From positions 248,001 through 312,000 of the forward strand of contig NW_026515634.1 in NCBI RefSeq assembly GCF_000738915.1: a DNA stretch of 64,000 bases. The letters run 5' to 3'. A program made the translations under genes and the position numbers. Under the pieces are notes generated by a model. The model was not told the DNA's origin, did not search any database, and saw nothing but the letters and a program-made list of their open reading frames with translations. Each line of letters starts with the position of its first letter. Position 1 is the stretch's first letter. The DNA is from Nematocida ausubeli. Lineage: Eukaryota. Shown here piece after piece: positions 40,200 to 50,322 of the stretch.

Positions 40200-42656
40200 A
40201 TGAAAGTCGAAAAGTATTTATTATATTTAATATTATATGGTCTATGCAAGCAGAAAGCAATAGCAGGAAGTGCGTTTCCAAGTACAGATGACATATTTAG
40301 TAAATTTTCAAGCCAAAACATGCCAAATGGCGCAACCATGACTAAAACAACATCTCAAAGCGAACAAAACAGTAGTAGTGAAAAAACCATGAACAGTCAG
40401 ATGACGAATGGTGTGTATACAAGCGCCAACGCAACAGAAAAAAATACACAGCATAACAAACAAGCAAACAGTCAAGAGCAGGTGACAAACAACAATGGAA
40501 AACAGGAGTTTACCTCAAGTGCAAGCTCTAAAGAACACCAGAGCGCTAAGGAGACAAAACTTTCAATGGGTGTGCAAACCCCGCAGGCTTCCAGTAATCA
40601 AGCAGCAAGCCAGGCAGCAAACCAAAAATCAACAGCAAGTCAGTCAGCGAGTCAAGCATCAACAGCAAGCCAGGCAGCAAGCCAAGCAGCAACAAAAAGC
40701 CAGGCAGTCAGTCAAAAATCAACAGCAAACAAAGCAGCAGCAAGTCAAACAGCGAGTCAGGCATCAACAGCAAGTCAGGCAGCGAGTCAAAAATCATCAA
40801 GCCAAGCATCAACAGCAAGTCAGTCAGCAAGTCAAAAATCATCAAGCCAAGCATCAACAGCAAGTCAACAGAAAATAAATCAGATAAATCAGTTAGGGCA
40901 AAATCTCTCAGCAAAATCTGAAAAGAGCGCTAAACTCCAACAGGTAAATCAAGCAAACCAGGCATCATCAGCAAGTCAATCTTCAAGTAAAACCGCGAGT
41001 CAATCAGCAAGTCAATCAAGTCAAAGTACAGGAATGCAGCAAAGTAAAGCTGCATCTGCTCAAAGATCCGCACCTTCATCAAGCCAAGCAGCTGCAGCTA
41101 GTCATAGCGCAAGCATGCAAAGCAGTAGCCAGAGCGCGAGCTCAAAGAAATCTGAAGCGAGTTCGTCATCAAAGCAAACAGCTGTAACTAGTGGCGGTAG
41201 CGGAGCGAGTATGCAAAGCAGNNNNNNNNNNNNNNNNNNNNNNNNNNNNNNNNNNNNNNNNNNNNNNNNNNNNNNNNNNNNNNNNNNNNNNNNNNNNNNN
41301 NNNNNNNNNNNNNNNNNNNNNNNNNNNNNNNNNNNNNNNNNNNNNNNNNNNNNNNNNNNNNNNNNNNNNNNNNNNNNNNNNNNNNNNNNNNNNNNNNNNN
41401 NNNNNNNNNNNNNNNNNNNNNNNNNNNNNNNNNNNNNNNNNNNNNNNNNNNNNNNNNNNNNNNNNNNNNNNNNNNNNNNNNNNNNNNNNNNNNNNNNNNN
41501 NNNNNNAACTAGTAGTGGCGGAGCAAGCATGCAAAGCAGTAGCAAGAGTGCGAGTTCAAAGAAATCTGAAGCGAGTTCTTCATCATCATCAAGCCATGCT
41601 GCAACTACTAGTGGCGGTGGTGGAGCAAGTATGAAAAGCAGCAGCCAGAGCGCGAGTTCAAAGAAATCTGAAGCAAGTTCATCATCAAGCAAAACATCTG
41701 CGACTACTAGTGGCGGAGCAAGCATGAAAAGCAGCAGCCAGAGTGCAAGTTCAAAGAAATCAGAAGCGAGTTCTTCATCAAGCAAAACAGCCACAACTAG
41801 TGGTGGTGGTAGCGGGGCAAGTATGCAAAGCAGTAGCCACCATTCAAGCTCAAGTAAATCTGCAATGAGCTCTTCATCTTCATCAAGCCACGCTGCTACA
41901 ACTAGTGGCGGAGCAAGTATGCAAAGCAGTAGCCACCATTCAAGCTCAAGCAAATCTGAAATGAGCTCATCATCTTCATCATCTAGCTCAACTACAAATA
42001 TGCATGGCCAAGCCCCTAGTTCAGCAGGTACTCCAGAAACAAATATCAATCACAATAGCCACAAAAAGATAGATAATATGAATACTTCTCACAATGCAAC
42101 TCATACTTCTAATAACTCGAACTCAATGAGCACTAATGTTTCAAACAGATCCAATGTCAACCAAACAGGTACAGCTGCAGGCTCTGGCACATTTAGTGCC
42201 TCTAGTACAAAAACCACTAGCAATCCAAATACAGGGGTGCAAACTGTTCATTCACACCAAAATGGGGTGGTAAATAATGCAAACCCACATGCGCATGCAA
42301 ACCCTGTGAATAAAACAAATAACGAGGTGATTGTAACCAAAAATAAGCATCAATCTACAAGTATAACTGAGGCACTTAAAAATAGAAGTAACTTCCTGCT
42401 GAAAGTAGAGGAGTTTGAAGTCGAAAGAGATGGAAACATTTTATATAAAGTTGCAGAAAAAATCTCCACTATTACAAAGGATGACGTTAACCAGGGACTT
42501 GATATTATTGGCACCGACTTAGTAATGAAAGCAGTTATTATAGACTTTACAACTCTAGTTGATGGCACAACCAGAGAACTTCTGCAGCCATATATTATTG
42601 TTGCAATTAGTGGAGCGCCTGTTACTGTAAGCATCGCATTTGTTGAAATGAATTAA
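40200..42656 (+). CDS. Large secreted Ser/Ala/Gln-rich repeat protein with C-terminal globular domain (spans assembly gap)
   Basis: Signal peptide MKVEKYLLYLILYGLC, QASTASQ repeats, and TTSGGASMQSSSQSASSKKSEASSSS repeats on both sides of the gap. Confidence 0.8.
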   Translation: MKVEKYLLYLILYGLCKQKAIAGSAFPSTDDIFSKFSSQNMPNGATMTKTTSQSEQNSSSEKTMNSQMTNGVYTSANATEKNTQHNKQANSQEQVTNNNGKQEFTSSASSKEHQSAKETKLSMGVQTPQASSNQAASQAANQKSTASQSASQASTASQAASQAATKSQAVSQKSTANKAAASQTASQASTASQAASQKSSSQASTASQSASQKSSSQASTASQQKINQINQLGQNLSAKSEKSAKLQQVNQANQASSASQSSSKTASQSASQSSQSTGMQQSKAASAQRSAPSSSQAAAASHSASMQSSSQSASSKKSEASSSSKQTAVTSGGSGASMQSXXXXXXXXXXXXXXXXXXXXXXXXXXXXXXXXXXXXXXXXXXXXXXXXXXXXXXXXXXXXXXXXXXXXXXXXXXXXXXXXXXXXXXXXXXXXXXXXTSSGGASMQSSSKSASSKKSEASSSSSSSHAATTSGGGGASMKSSSQSASSKKSEASSSSSKTSATTSGGASMKSSSQSASSKKSEASSSSSKTATTSGGGSGASMQSSSHHSSSSKSAMSSSSSSSHAATTSGGASMQSSSHHSSSSKSEMSSSSSSSSSTTNMHGQAPSSAGTPETNINHNSHKKIDNMNTSHNATHTSNNSNSMSTNVSNRSNVNQTGTAAGSGTFSASSTKTTSNPNTGVQTVHSHQNGVVNNANPHAHANPVNKTNNEVIVTKNKHQSTSITEALKNRSNFLLKVEEFEVERDGNILYKVAEKISTITKDDVNQGLDIIGTDLVMKAVIIDFTTLVDGTTRELLQPYIIVAISGAPVTVSIAFVEMN
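40600..41990 (+). repeat. Two coding repeat arrays (QASTASQxASQKSSS-type; ~28-30 aa SGGASM...SEASSSS-type)
   Basis: Direct repeats visible at both DNA and protein level. Confidence 0.85.
41222..41506. other. Assembly gap (285 N) inside repeat array
   Basis: Run of n characters. Confidence 1.
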
Positions 42657-43632
42657 TTTTCTTTAAGAGTTGCTTGAATGCAATGAGGCTTTTGTATATG
42701 ACATATAGAAAATAAAGTATTTATATCTAAAGCTTTTTAGTTTTCTGTATAAATTTAGAAATTTTACAAATTACTTGCTTATTGAACGCTTGCAGTCTTG
42801 CAAAGTCATTAAAACCATCAATAAAAAACTCGAAAGATATAGATGCCTGCATTGAAAAGAAGATTTAGCAGGATCACTCAATAGGTTTAGAGCTATAAAT
42901 ATAGCAAATTTAGAAAGCAGCCAACTCTACTGCAATTAGGAGAGTGAAGGCATCTCCTTTGTATAGATAAGTTTTTTATTCAAATGTCAACTTCTTTGCA
43001 AGAATATAAATACTGTCAATAACAATGCGCTTTATTCAGAGTATTCTTTATTAATCCATGGAGTCATATGAGAAGATAGAACCATTGGTTATATTTAAGC
43101 ATATGTTTTTTATGATGTTGTTTGTTTAAAAACGTATAGTAGACGGTTTGTTCGTATTTATTGGTTTTTACTAGTTTACTGTATGCTAATAAAAAAGTCT
43201 ATAAATATAGCAAACTAAAATCTATATAAGAAGAGGTTCTAAACTAAAAAAATAAAATAAAAATGGATCTAAATATATAGAAGGATAAGATGACATAAAG
43301 ACAGCAAAATAAACACTGTATGAAAATGTAATGGAACAGACAAGAAACAGAATAAACCTTTTGAAATAAACTACTTATAGAAAAAGGACCATATATCCTA
43401 AGGTATACTATTTATAGGTTATATTTATATGCTAATAATCTATTCTAGCATAGCCGGAATAAGCTTGATATATATAAGCACTATATAAAACAAATAACTT
43501 TAGTTTAAAGACAAGCGCATGCAGAAATTCCTAAAGAATACATTTTACTTGCTTGAGAATAGTATGAAATATAAGAATAGTAAGAATAGTGGTAGTTTAC
43601 TCTTATTTAGTTAAATAGATGGGTATTTCTTG

Positions 43633-46623
43633 CTACAAAAATAGCCTATCCAATATGTCTCTTCTATTAACCATTGAGGGAATGTATAAATTATCGGAGA
43701 ACTTGTTTAGTGGGAACTTACTAATATCAATTGTTAGATAGCTTGAGAGAGCTAGAAGGTCTGTGATGTACTTTTTATAAGGCGTGCAGTAAAAAATATT
43801 CTGTAGCTTATATAAAAACTCATGGAAGTGCTCTGTGTTAGAAGCATCCCACTCTATTGGAAGATGACACCGCAGGCAAATAGGACTGTATTCCTCAGAT
43901 TGATTGCACTTAAAACAGGTTTTCTTGACTTTGTGGAGCTTTGCGCTTTGTTTATATAGAACCCTTCTTATCAGCTTTTTCATGTGCATTGGCGCAAAAG
44001 GCTGAGCACACGCTGTGCAGTGCATGCCAATGTCTTGGCTTTGGCTGCAGCAAGGAGACACCACAGCAAGGGCCTCTTTGATATCTGCAGGCATGTCACT
44101 AGGCTCAGACTTCTGTGCTGGCCTGCTGTGTGAGACGTAAAGGCCCAGTAGCTTTTGGATGCTCTCAATAGAGATAGAGGGGAAATATTCAAGCATTCTC
44201 TGGATAGGAGGGAACACCTGCATTTTCATATAATAGTCATAGTGGATTTCCCCGCACTCTGAGACTAGCTCTGCGCGAGAAACCCCATTGTGCAGCGCCA
44301 TAACAAAAGAAATAATATCACCAGCCTGGAATGTAAAATTCCGCTCCTTCTGCAAACGAAGCGCAAGAGAAACCTGCTGAAGAGAAGTTCCTTGGACCGC
44401 ATTGTAGCTTTCAGGCGCCTTTTGTATTTTTTTACGGATCAAAAAGCTTTCTTTGTTGTGGGTTTGAATTTTCTCTTTAAGCTTAGCTAGCAGCAAAAGT
44501 ATTTCTTCTTCTGGCGCAGTGGAGTACAGAAGAACCCGGATAACAGCAGAAATCCCCTCCTGTGCCATCTCACACCAGTCTCGCCGCCCAGTCTCAAGCC
44601 CTTTTTCCTCAATCTCATTGGCGCCATTGGAGTGTACTACTCCAAAGTATTTCTTCTTTGCCATCATAACAAGCTTCAAGAAGGTCTTTTCAAACCCAAG
44701 CTTTATGGTTCGGTACTTGCAGCTAATTGAGTCAGAAATCTCATCAAGGAGCTTATTAGACGGAGGGGCGCTAGAAGTGCCTATGCCAGTGTCAACCATA
44801 ACAGAGTCTGTATCCCCGTATATCACGCGATATCCATTTGACTCAAGCGTGGTTTTTGTGTCTTTCAAAATGGATCTGCCGCACTCAGTAATAAACGCAG
44901 CCATTGCTTTATTATAGAACCTAAACCCCTTAAACCCAAGACACCCATATATGCAGTTAGCAACTAGCTTTACAGCCCTTTGTTCAATCTCCAGAAGAAG
45001 AACGTCCCCCTTGCCTGCCTTCATCTGCTTTTTAATTTCAGTTCTCTGCGCCACAAGGTCTCTAAGCGCGCCAGGAAGAAGAGACGGCCTGGATACATTC
45101 TTGCTGTCCATTGAAAGATCATGCGAAGTGCTGAAACACACATTGTACTCCTGGATAATCGAAGGATACAGAGAGTTAAAGTCAAAAAGAGAGATGTATG
45201 TATCAGAGTACATCCCAGGCTTTTCAAGAAAGACATACCCTCCTTCATAGGTGTCCTTTGAGTCAACTTTGCCAGCAAGCAGTTTTTTAGGAATAAGATA
45301 CTGGTTGTCTCGCATTCGGTGAAGAAGTAGGTACTCAACTCTGTCTGATTTAAACCCATGGAAGATCGAGTTAAGAAGTGCTCCTGTGATATAGGATAAT
45401 TTCTCTGCTAGAGGCAGCAGACTTCCTTTTTTAAAGATCATGTGCATTTCTGCGGCTGAAATTCGGGCTATGTCCAAAAGAACGCGGGCACTGTCCGATA
45501 GGTATCCATTCTGGATAGATGCATATGCCTCAGAAAGGGAGGATGCGCTGCCAAGAACAGGAATATCTGCATGTACAAGGCCATAGCTTTTACTCATCTC
45601 TTCTAGATTATACTCAGTAAGCCGGCACACAGACTCCATGTATCGGGGAAGATCGCATATAAGGCTGACAGTGCTGCTGCTGGTATGTGCAGCAGACAAA
45701 GCATCATGCATGCTAGTTTGGCCAGTCAGCTTCTCTCTGACAACATCTGTGTCTGCGTTGTAGCAAACTACTACGCTTGCCTGCATGTCGTTAAGATAGC
45801 TGCTAACCCTGGAAATAACAGAATCTGCATCATTGAGCTTAGATATATTTCCCAACAAAAACTCACTCGGCGAGTGTGGACTCTCTAGTGTAGTAAAGGT
45901 CCAGTATCCATGCAAGCCAGGAGAGTCCGCACAGGAGACAAACATGCTGTTTTCAGTAGTTTCAATCTTCTGCTTCTTCACACACGGGGGCTCATCTGCA
46001 TTATCATAGGCACCTGCGTCAGACTGAGTGCTAGACTTCTCCTCTGCAGAGTTGCATACATAAATAGAGACAGTCTCAAAGAGATTCCTTTGCAGGAAGT
46101 AAAGATAGGCTATGCGGACAGAAGGCATGCCATAGGAAACTATGTTGATATCACACATTCGCACAGCTCCATTTTCAACCTTATCAATTTGCACTAAGGA
46201 AGGCCCCTTTATCTTTTTAAGAAGGATAAGAGCCTCTATTGGGCTTCCAAATTCTCTTGAAACATCTGCAGAGTACTCCAGGCTGTTGACACTTCGGGCC
46301 TTCTCATAGGGAAGATGGAATATAAGCCGAGCTCCCTCCTTCCCGTTGTTTTCTGGATGTCTGCTGTCATAGCACACTGTACGCTTTTCCCACTGGCACA
46401 GCTTGTCGCCATTTATTGGAACCAGACTGTCCTTATACGTGTGCAAAACCTTCTCCTCAAGCCTGTTCATTACAACGGCGCGCTCTGATGTTGGGGTGGC
46501 CACCAGCTCATTCACAATCTCTACAACCTGCAGATTCACAGAGGCATTTGTTTTTTCATCCACGCACTGAATTACTGCAGAATAGTTCTCACCATAGAGT
46601 ATATTTAGCACATGCACTCGCAT
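43633..46623 (-). CDS. POL1: DNA polymerase alpha catalytic subunit
   Basis: FDFNSLYPSIIQEYNVCFST, KLVANCIYGCLG, YGDTDS, KKKY and C-terminal Cys zinc sites. Likely ATG at 46623, alternative 46656. Confidence 0.93.
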   Translation of the reverse strand: MRVHVLNILYGENYSAVIQCVDEKTNASVNLQVVEIVNELVATPTSERAVVMNRLEEKVLHTYKDSLVPINGDKLCQWEKRTVCYDSRHPENNGKEGARLIFHLPYEKARSVNSLEYSADVSREFGSPIEALILLKKIKGPSLVQIDKVENGAVRMCDINIVSYGMPSVRIAYLYFLQRNLFETVSIYVCNSAEEKSSTQSDAGAYDNADEPPCVKKQKIETTENSMFVSCADSPGLHGYWTFTTLESPHSPSEFLLGNISKLNDADSVISRVSSYLNDMQASVVVCYNADTDVVREKLTGQTSMHDALSAAHTSSSTVSLICDLPRYMESVCRLTEYNLEEMSKSYGLVHADIPVLGSASSLSEAYASIQNGYLSDSARVLLDIARISAAEMHMIFKKGSLLPLAEKLSYITGALLNSIFHGFKSDRVEYLLLHRMRDNQYLIPKKLLAGKVDSKDTYEGGYVFLEKPGMYSDTYISLFDFNSLYPSIIQEYNVCFSTSHDLSMDSKNVSRPSLLPGALRDLVAQRTEIKKQMKAGKGDVLLLEIEQRAVKLVANCIYGCLGFKGFRFYNKAMAAFITECGRSILKDTKTTLESNGYRVIYGDTDSVMVDTGIGTSSAPPSNKLLDEISDSISCKYRTIKLGFEKTFLKLVMMAKKKYFGVVHSNGANEIEEKGLETGRRDWCEMAQEGISAVIRVLLYSTAPEEEILLLLAKLKEKIQTHNKESFLIRKKIQKAPESYNAVQGTSLQQVSLALRLQKERNFTFQAGDIISFVMALHNGVSRAELVSECGEIHYDYYMKMQVFPPIQRMLEYFPSISIESIQKLLGLYVSHSRPAQKSEPSDMPADIKEALAVVSPCCSQSQDIGMHCTACAQPFAPMHMKKLIRRVLYKQSAKLHKVKKTCFKCNQSEEYSPICLRCHLPIEWDASNTEHFHEFLYKLQNIFYCTPYKKYITDLLALSSYLTIDISKFPLNKFSDNLYIPSMVNRRDILDRLFL

Positions 46624-46637
46624 AAAATAATTTTGCA

Positions 46638-46937
46638 ATGGGAAAAAGAAAACCATCTAAGACAACAAACAATAAACGGTCAACACACAGAACCACCAGC
46701 ATAGGATGCAAGCTGCGCAACAGAGAAAAGGATTACGACGAAATAAGAAAAAGGCTAGAGTACAATATCAGTGAGCCAATAGAGAACCCAAAGCACGCCC
46801 GGTGCATAGAGTGCGACAGAGTGATGGAGGCTTCCACAATAGACAAGCACAGAAAGTCAAGAGAGCACAGAAAAAGGCTTAAAGACTTGGCCGAAGATGC
46901 ACTTTTGGAACAGGATAGAAAGAATGGCTTATGTTAG
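46638..46937 (+). CDS. BUD20: Bud20/ZNF593 C2H2 zinc finger 60S export factor
   Basis: KDYDEI...CIECDR...KHRKSREHRKRLKDL. Confidence 0.85.
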   Translation: MGKRKPSKTTNNKRSTHRTTSIGCKLRNREKDYDEIRKRLEYNISEPIENPKHARCIECDRVMEASTIDKHRKSREHRKRLKDLAEDALLEQDRKNGLC

Positions 46938-46974
46938 AAATGAAACATTTAACCGCAAATAATGCAAAACAAAT

Positions 46975-47922
46975 ATGGCTGAGGAAAGACAGGCTGAGCA
47001 GCACACAATAAACTCTTTGTCGTACAAGGAGCTAGAGGAATACAAGGAAAACATGAAAATGCAAAACCAGCAAATATGCATAGAGGTATTTACCGTGCAG
47101 ATCTTCAATGAGATGGTAAGTGAGGTAGAGCCAGAAAGCATAAGCGTAGTAAAAAAGGTGAGCAGCGCACTGTATAGAGTTATTCAAATAGCAGTGAAGC
47201 TCATCCAGGGAATCAAGCCCAGCAGGAAGTCTTCAATGGATCTAGTAAACACGCAGTACAAGTTTTGCAGCCAGAATCTTCAGGTTACTGCAGATATAGA
47301 GGCCCTTATGCAGGTGATTGGAGTGATCGATATAGCTCGGTATCCAGAGCTGTTCAGGCAGAGTGCCTCAGCAAGGGAAGTAAAGGTGCTGTGCCGCAAC
47401 CTATCGAGCATAACATTTCCGAAGATGTCTCCCAGCTCTGAAAAGTGCCCAGAGGAGAAAGAAAAAAAGAACTTAGAAATGATACGAATCATTGCATACA
47501 ACTTTAAGGAGTTTGACATAGAGGCAATTGCATCGGTGTACAAGATGCTTTTGAAAACAAAAAATCCGCTCTTCCCCACCAAGTACATCTGCGAGTACAT
47601 CAAAATAGGAAAGCTATCGTGCAAAAAAACAAAGATTGTTCTGTGCCAGTTCATACTAGCATTCGTCATTTGCAAACAAAAACAAGAGTTATTTGAGTCT
47701 ACATGTTCTTTTCTTTATTCATTGATCACGAAGGAAAACAGTAAGCTGCGGTTTGCAAACATATCAGTTGTTTTTACGCCAATATTTTTTATAGATGAAG
47801 ATTGCCAAATTGTGGACTCAAACTTTAAGGAAATAATGGAAAATCTAAAGAACTTCTTAGAGTTTTTTTTGGAAAACAGCCCGCAAATATTTATACTGGC
47901 ACTAAAGCCCAAGAGAGAGTAG
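46975..47922 (+). CDS. RhoGAP-domain protein
   Basis: ELFRQSAS (Arg finger), AIASVYKMLL...PLFP and NSKLRFANISVVFTPIF match RhoGAP boxes. Confidence 0.7.
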   Translation: MAEERQAEQHTINSLSYKELEEYKENMKMQNQQICIEVFTVQIFNEMVSEVEPESISVVKKVSSALYRVIQIAVKLIQGIKPSRKSSMDLVNTQYKFCSQNLQVTADIEALMQVIGVIDIARYPELFRQSASAREVKVLCRNLSSITFPKMSPSSEKCPEEKEKKNLEMIRIIAYNFKEFDIEAIASVYKMLLKTKNPLFPTKYICEYIKIGKLSCKKTKIVLCQFILAFVICKQKQELFESTCSFLYSLITKENSKLRFANISVVFTPIFFIDEDCQIVDSNFKEIMENLKNFLEFFLENSPQIFILALKPKRE

Positions 47923-49623
47923 AATGCTCTGTGCTTTCTTGGGACCAAGCTGCCTATTTCTTTTGGACCCAGGAATAGCCGCCAGCTCTTCAAGAAGGCT
48001 GGATCTATCTTGGCTCTTTTTAATTAAATCAGATAATTTTCCTATTTTAAGCACAATATTAATGGCTGCACTTTGAGAAACACCTTTAATCGCCTGCAGC
48101 ACAATGAGAGACTGCTCTGTTTCTGTGTAGTCTGTGAGTTTTTTTCTATGCAGGCGTGCCAATAAATTATCAAGCAAAAAAAGACCATCTTCTTTCTTGT
48201 CACTTCTTTCTGTTTCTTTCTCCTGCAGGCAAGCAGTGTTTACTTCATTTGCCACATGCCCGTGGATCTTCTCTATGGTGAAAAGAGTTTCCTCCACTCT
48301 TCGTGGATTAATCACCATAAACCTGCTTGCAATAAGACTGTATGTTACCGTATATATCATTTTTGTAATCGACTTTTCCAAAGAGTGTGTGCCTTCTATA
48401 CAGTATATCTTGCGCCCTGGGAGGCTTACCAGTCGCTCTTTTTGCTCTCTGTATCTGCCATCTCTTACAGACTGCAGCAGATCTCTAATTGTTTTCCTTT
48501 CTATTAGCACTTTGCAGTAAAGCTCCTGCGAGTTCTTTATGTGTGCCCAAAGAAAGTCTCCAATCGAAAGAACTCTTGTCTCTGCCTTGACTCCCGCGTG
48601 TGATAGAAAGGTGTGGAAGAAGTACGGGTCCTCTCTTGACCGCTTTTCTCGTATGTCAATTAGTAGAAGAGGCTCGCTTGTCTGTGCAGGCTCCTTATCA
48701 GTTGGACGCACTGGGTTCTTTCTTAGTGCAGTTTTCTGTGCACAGACTGAGGGCTTTTTAGTAAACTGCTCTATCTTTTTTATACTGCTTGACAGCAGCG
48801 TAGCAGCACACATTCCTGGATTGGTGATAAAAACACCAGCAGGGCTTTCTTCTATAAGTGCATGCCTTAGGAGAATCTTTGCAAAGTGTTTTACTTTTTT
48901 CTCTGTGGACTCAAAAAGCACCCCAGAGCCATACAGAGCTGTATGCTTCCTTGCTCTTTCTAAGCACAGGTATCGAAGCGAGCTTGTGTCTACTGGCTTG
49001 CACTCTAGAGCATCATATGCGAGAGTATCCAGAATAAGATGACCGAGTGCGTATGGAATGGGCACTTTAGTGCGTGCATGGGATGTTTTAACTGTAAATA
49101 CATTTCCTGTTTGTTTTGCTTTTATTTGGATCTCAACTTCGCTCTGTGCATATCTCGCAGTGAATCCATCAGCTTTAGTCTCTATTTTTTTAAATTTATT
49201 TAGGCCGCTTTTATCCTGTAGGATGAGCTCTTCTTTATTGCTTTCAATAGAAATTTGAGGCTTTTCTTGAGGGAAGGGCGTATCGCATGGATTCTCCAGG
49301 ATACTTGAGTGGTCTGAGATAACAATAGGCTCGTCCTCATTATTACCATGGAAAGACTGCTTGGCAGGCGGGATAGAGAAATCCTCCAATTCTTTCGCAA
49401 TTTTATCTGCTATGCTTTTTCCAATATGTTTTACATTACAGAGATCTGCAGCACTCTCCATTCTTCCATCATAGAGAAGAAGCTCTTTGGCAGCGCGCTT
49501 GTACCTAATGAATCCAAATGTCACGCCTGATACCTTGGAGTAGACTCTCTCCTTTTCTATCAGTTTGCTGAGTGTGGCTGCCACTCTATCCTTATAGTTT
49601 GGTGTTTCTTTTCCTGCTGCCAT
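47902..49623 (-). CDS. MUS81: Crossover junction endonuclease Mus81
   Basis: N-terminal HhH (KHIGKSIA), LIDIRE, IGDFLW, IERKTIRDL..SVRDGRYREQKERL and C-terminal HhH. Confidence 0.93.
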   Translation of the reverse strand: MAAGKETPNYKDRVAATLSKLIEKERVYSKVSGVTFGFIRYKRAAKELLLYDGRMESAADLCNVKHIGKSIADKIAKELEDFSIPPAKQSFHGNNEDEPIVISDHSSILENPCDTPFPQEKPQISIESNKEELILQDKSGLNKFKKIETKADGFTARYAQSEVEIQIKAKQTGNVFTVKTSHARTKVPIPYALGHLILDTLAYDALECKPVDTSSLRYLCLERARKHTALYGSGVLFESTEKKVKHFAKILLRHALIEESPAGVFITNPGMCAATLLSSSIKKIEQFTKKPSVCAQKTALRKNPVRPTDKEPAQTSEPLLLIDIREKRSREDPYFFHTFLSHAGVKAETRVLSIGDFLWAHIKNSQELYCKVLIERKTIRDLLQSVRDGRYREQKERLVSLPGRKIYCIEGTHSLEKSITKMIYTVTYSLIASRFMVINPRRVEETLFTIEKIHGHVANEVNTACLQEKETERSDKKEDGLFLLDNLLARLHRKKLTDYTETEQSLIVLQAIKGVSQSAAINIVLKIGKLSDLIKKSQDRSSLLEELAAIPGSKRNRQLGPKKAQSILLSLGL

Positions 49624-49628
49624 TTAAA

Positions 49629-50315
49629 ATGAAGACGCCAGAAGATTTACTAAAAATATATCGTGCCAACTGTGCAAAGGCATTCTTTACTGCATGTGCA
49701 AGTGACTGTGCACAGAGACAATACTCAATGGAGGAGGCTGCGCACGTAACATACTTTAAGCTGCAGGAGGAGTACAAGAAGGAAGAACAACTGCAACTCC
49801 TTCTGCTATACACACGGATAATTGGCCCAGTAACCCACATAGAGAAGAAAAGTATAATAGAAAGTCTGCAGAAGAACCTGCCAGAGATATCATCAATTAC
49901 AGAGCACAGACATTTACTTAGTACATACATCATTGTAGAGTCATGTCCCTGGATATCATCTGTAATAGACACCTTCCCGCAGGACATTCTTCTCCTGAGC
50001 ACCAGTCAGATACACCGGCTGGCTCTGGAGGAGAGACCAAGCTACTTTCCATGCGAGCTGTTTCTATCTGTGCATGCAACACACACGGTGTGCATCATAA
50101 ACATAGAAGAGACAGAAGAGGCCCTTCTAAAACACTTCCACATGCATGAGGTTGAGAAAGTTGTAGCACATAAAAGTCGTGCATACATTAAGACAGCACA
50201 TATAGAAGGAGCGCAGTGCATATATCATGCGCTAAGTGGAAAGCTAATTAACAAAAAGCCAGTGTTCACTTATTATTACCCAGATTCACTATCAAATATA
50301 AACTTATTCCTGTAA
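49629..50315 (+). CDS. Protein with C-terminal RRM/UHM-like domain (U2AF65/RBM39-like, divergent)
   Basis: THTVCIINI.E.EE...RAYIK...AQCIYHALSGKLINKKPVFTYYYPD resembles the U2AF65 third RRM (UHM). ATG at 49629. Confidence 0.55.
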   Translation: MKTPEDLLKIYRANCAKAFFTACASDCAQRQYSMEEAAHVTYFKLQEEYKKEEQLQLLLLYTRIIGPVTHIEKKSIIESLQKNLPEISSITEHRHLLSTYIIVESCPWISSVIDTFPQDILLLSTSQIHRLALEERPSYFPCELFLSVHATHTVCIINIEETEEALLKHFHMHEVEKVVAHKSRAYIKTAHIEGAQCIYHALSGKLINKKPVFTYYYPDSLSNINLFL

Positions 50316-50322
50316 AAAATAA

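Noticed and set aside
41100..41990. Regularly spaced repeats as a CRISPR-like array
   Set aside because: These are in-frame coding repeats with no unique spacers, and there are no cas genes in this eukaryotic sequence.
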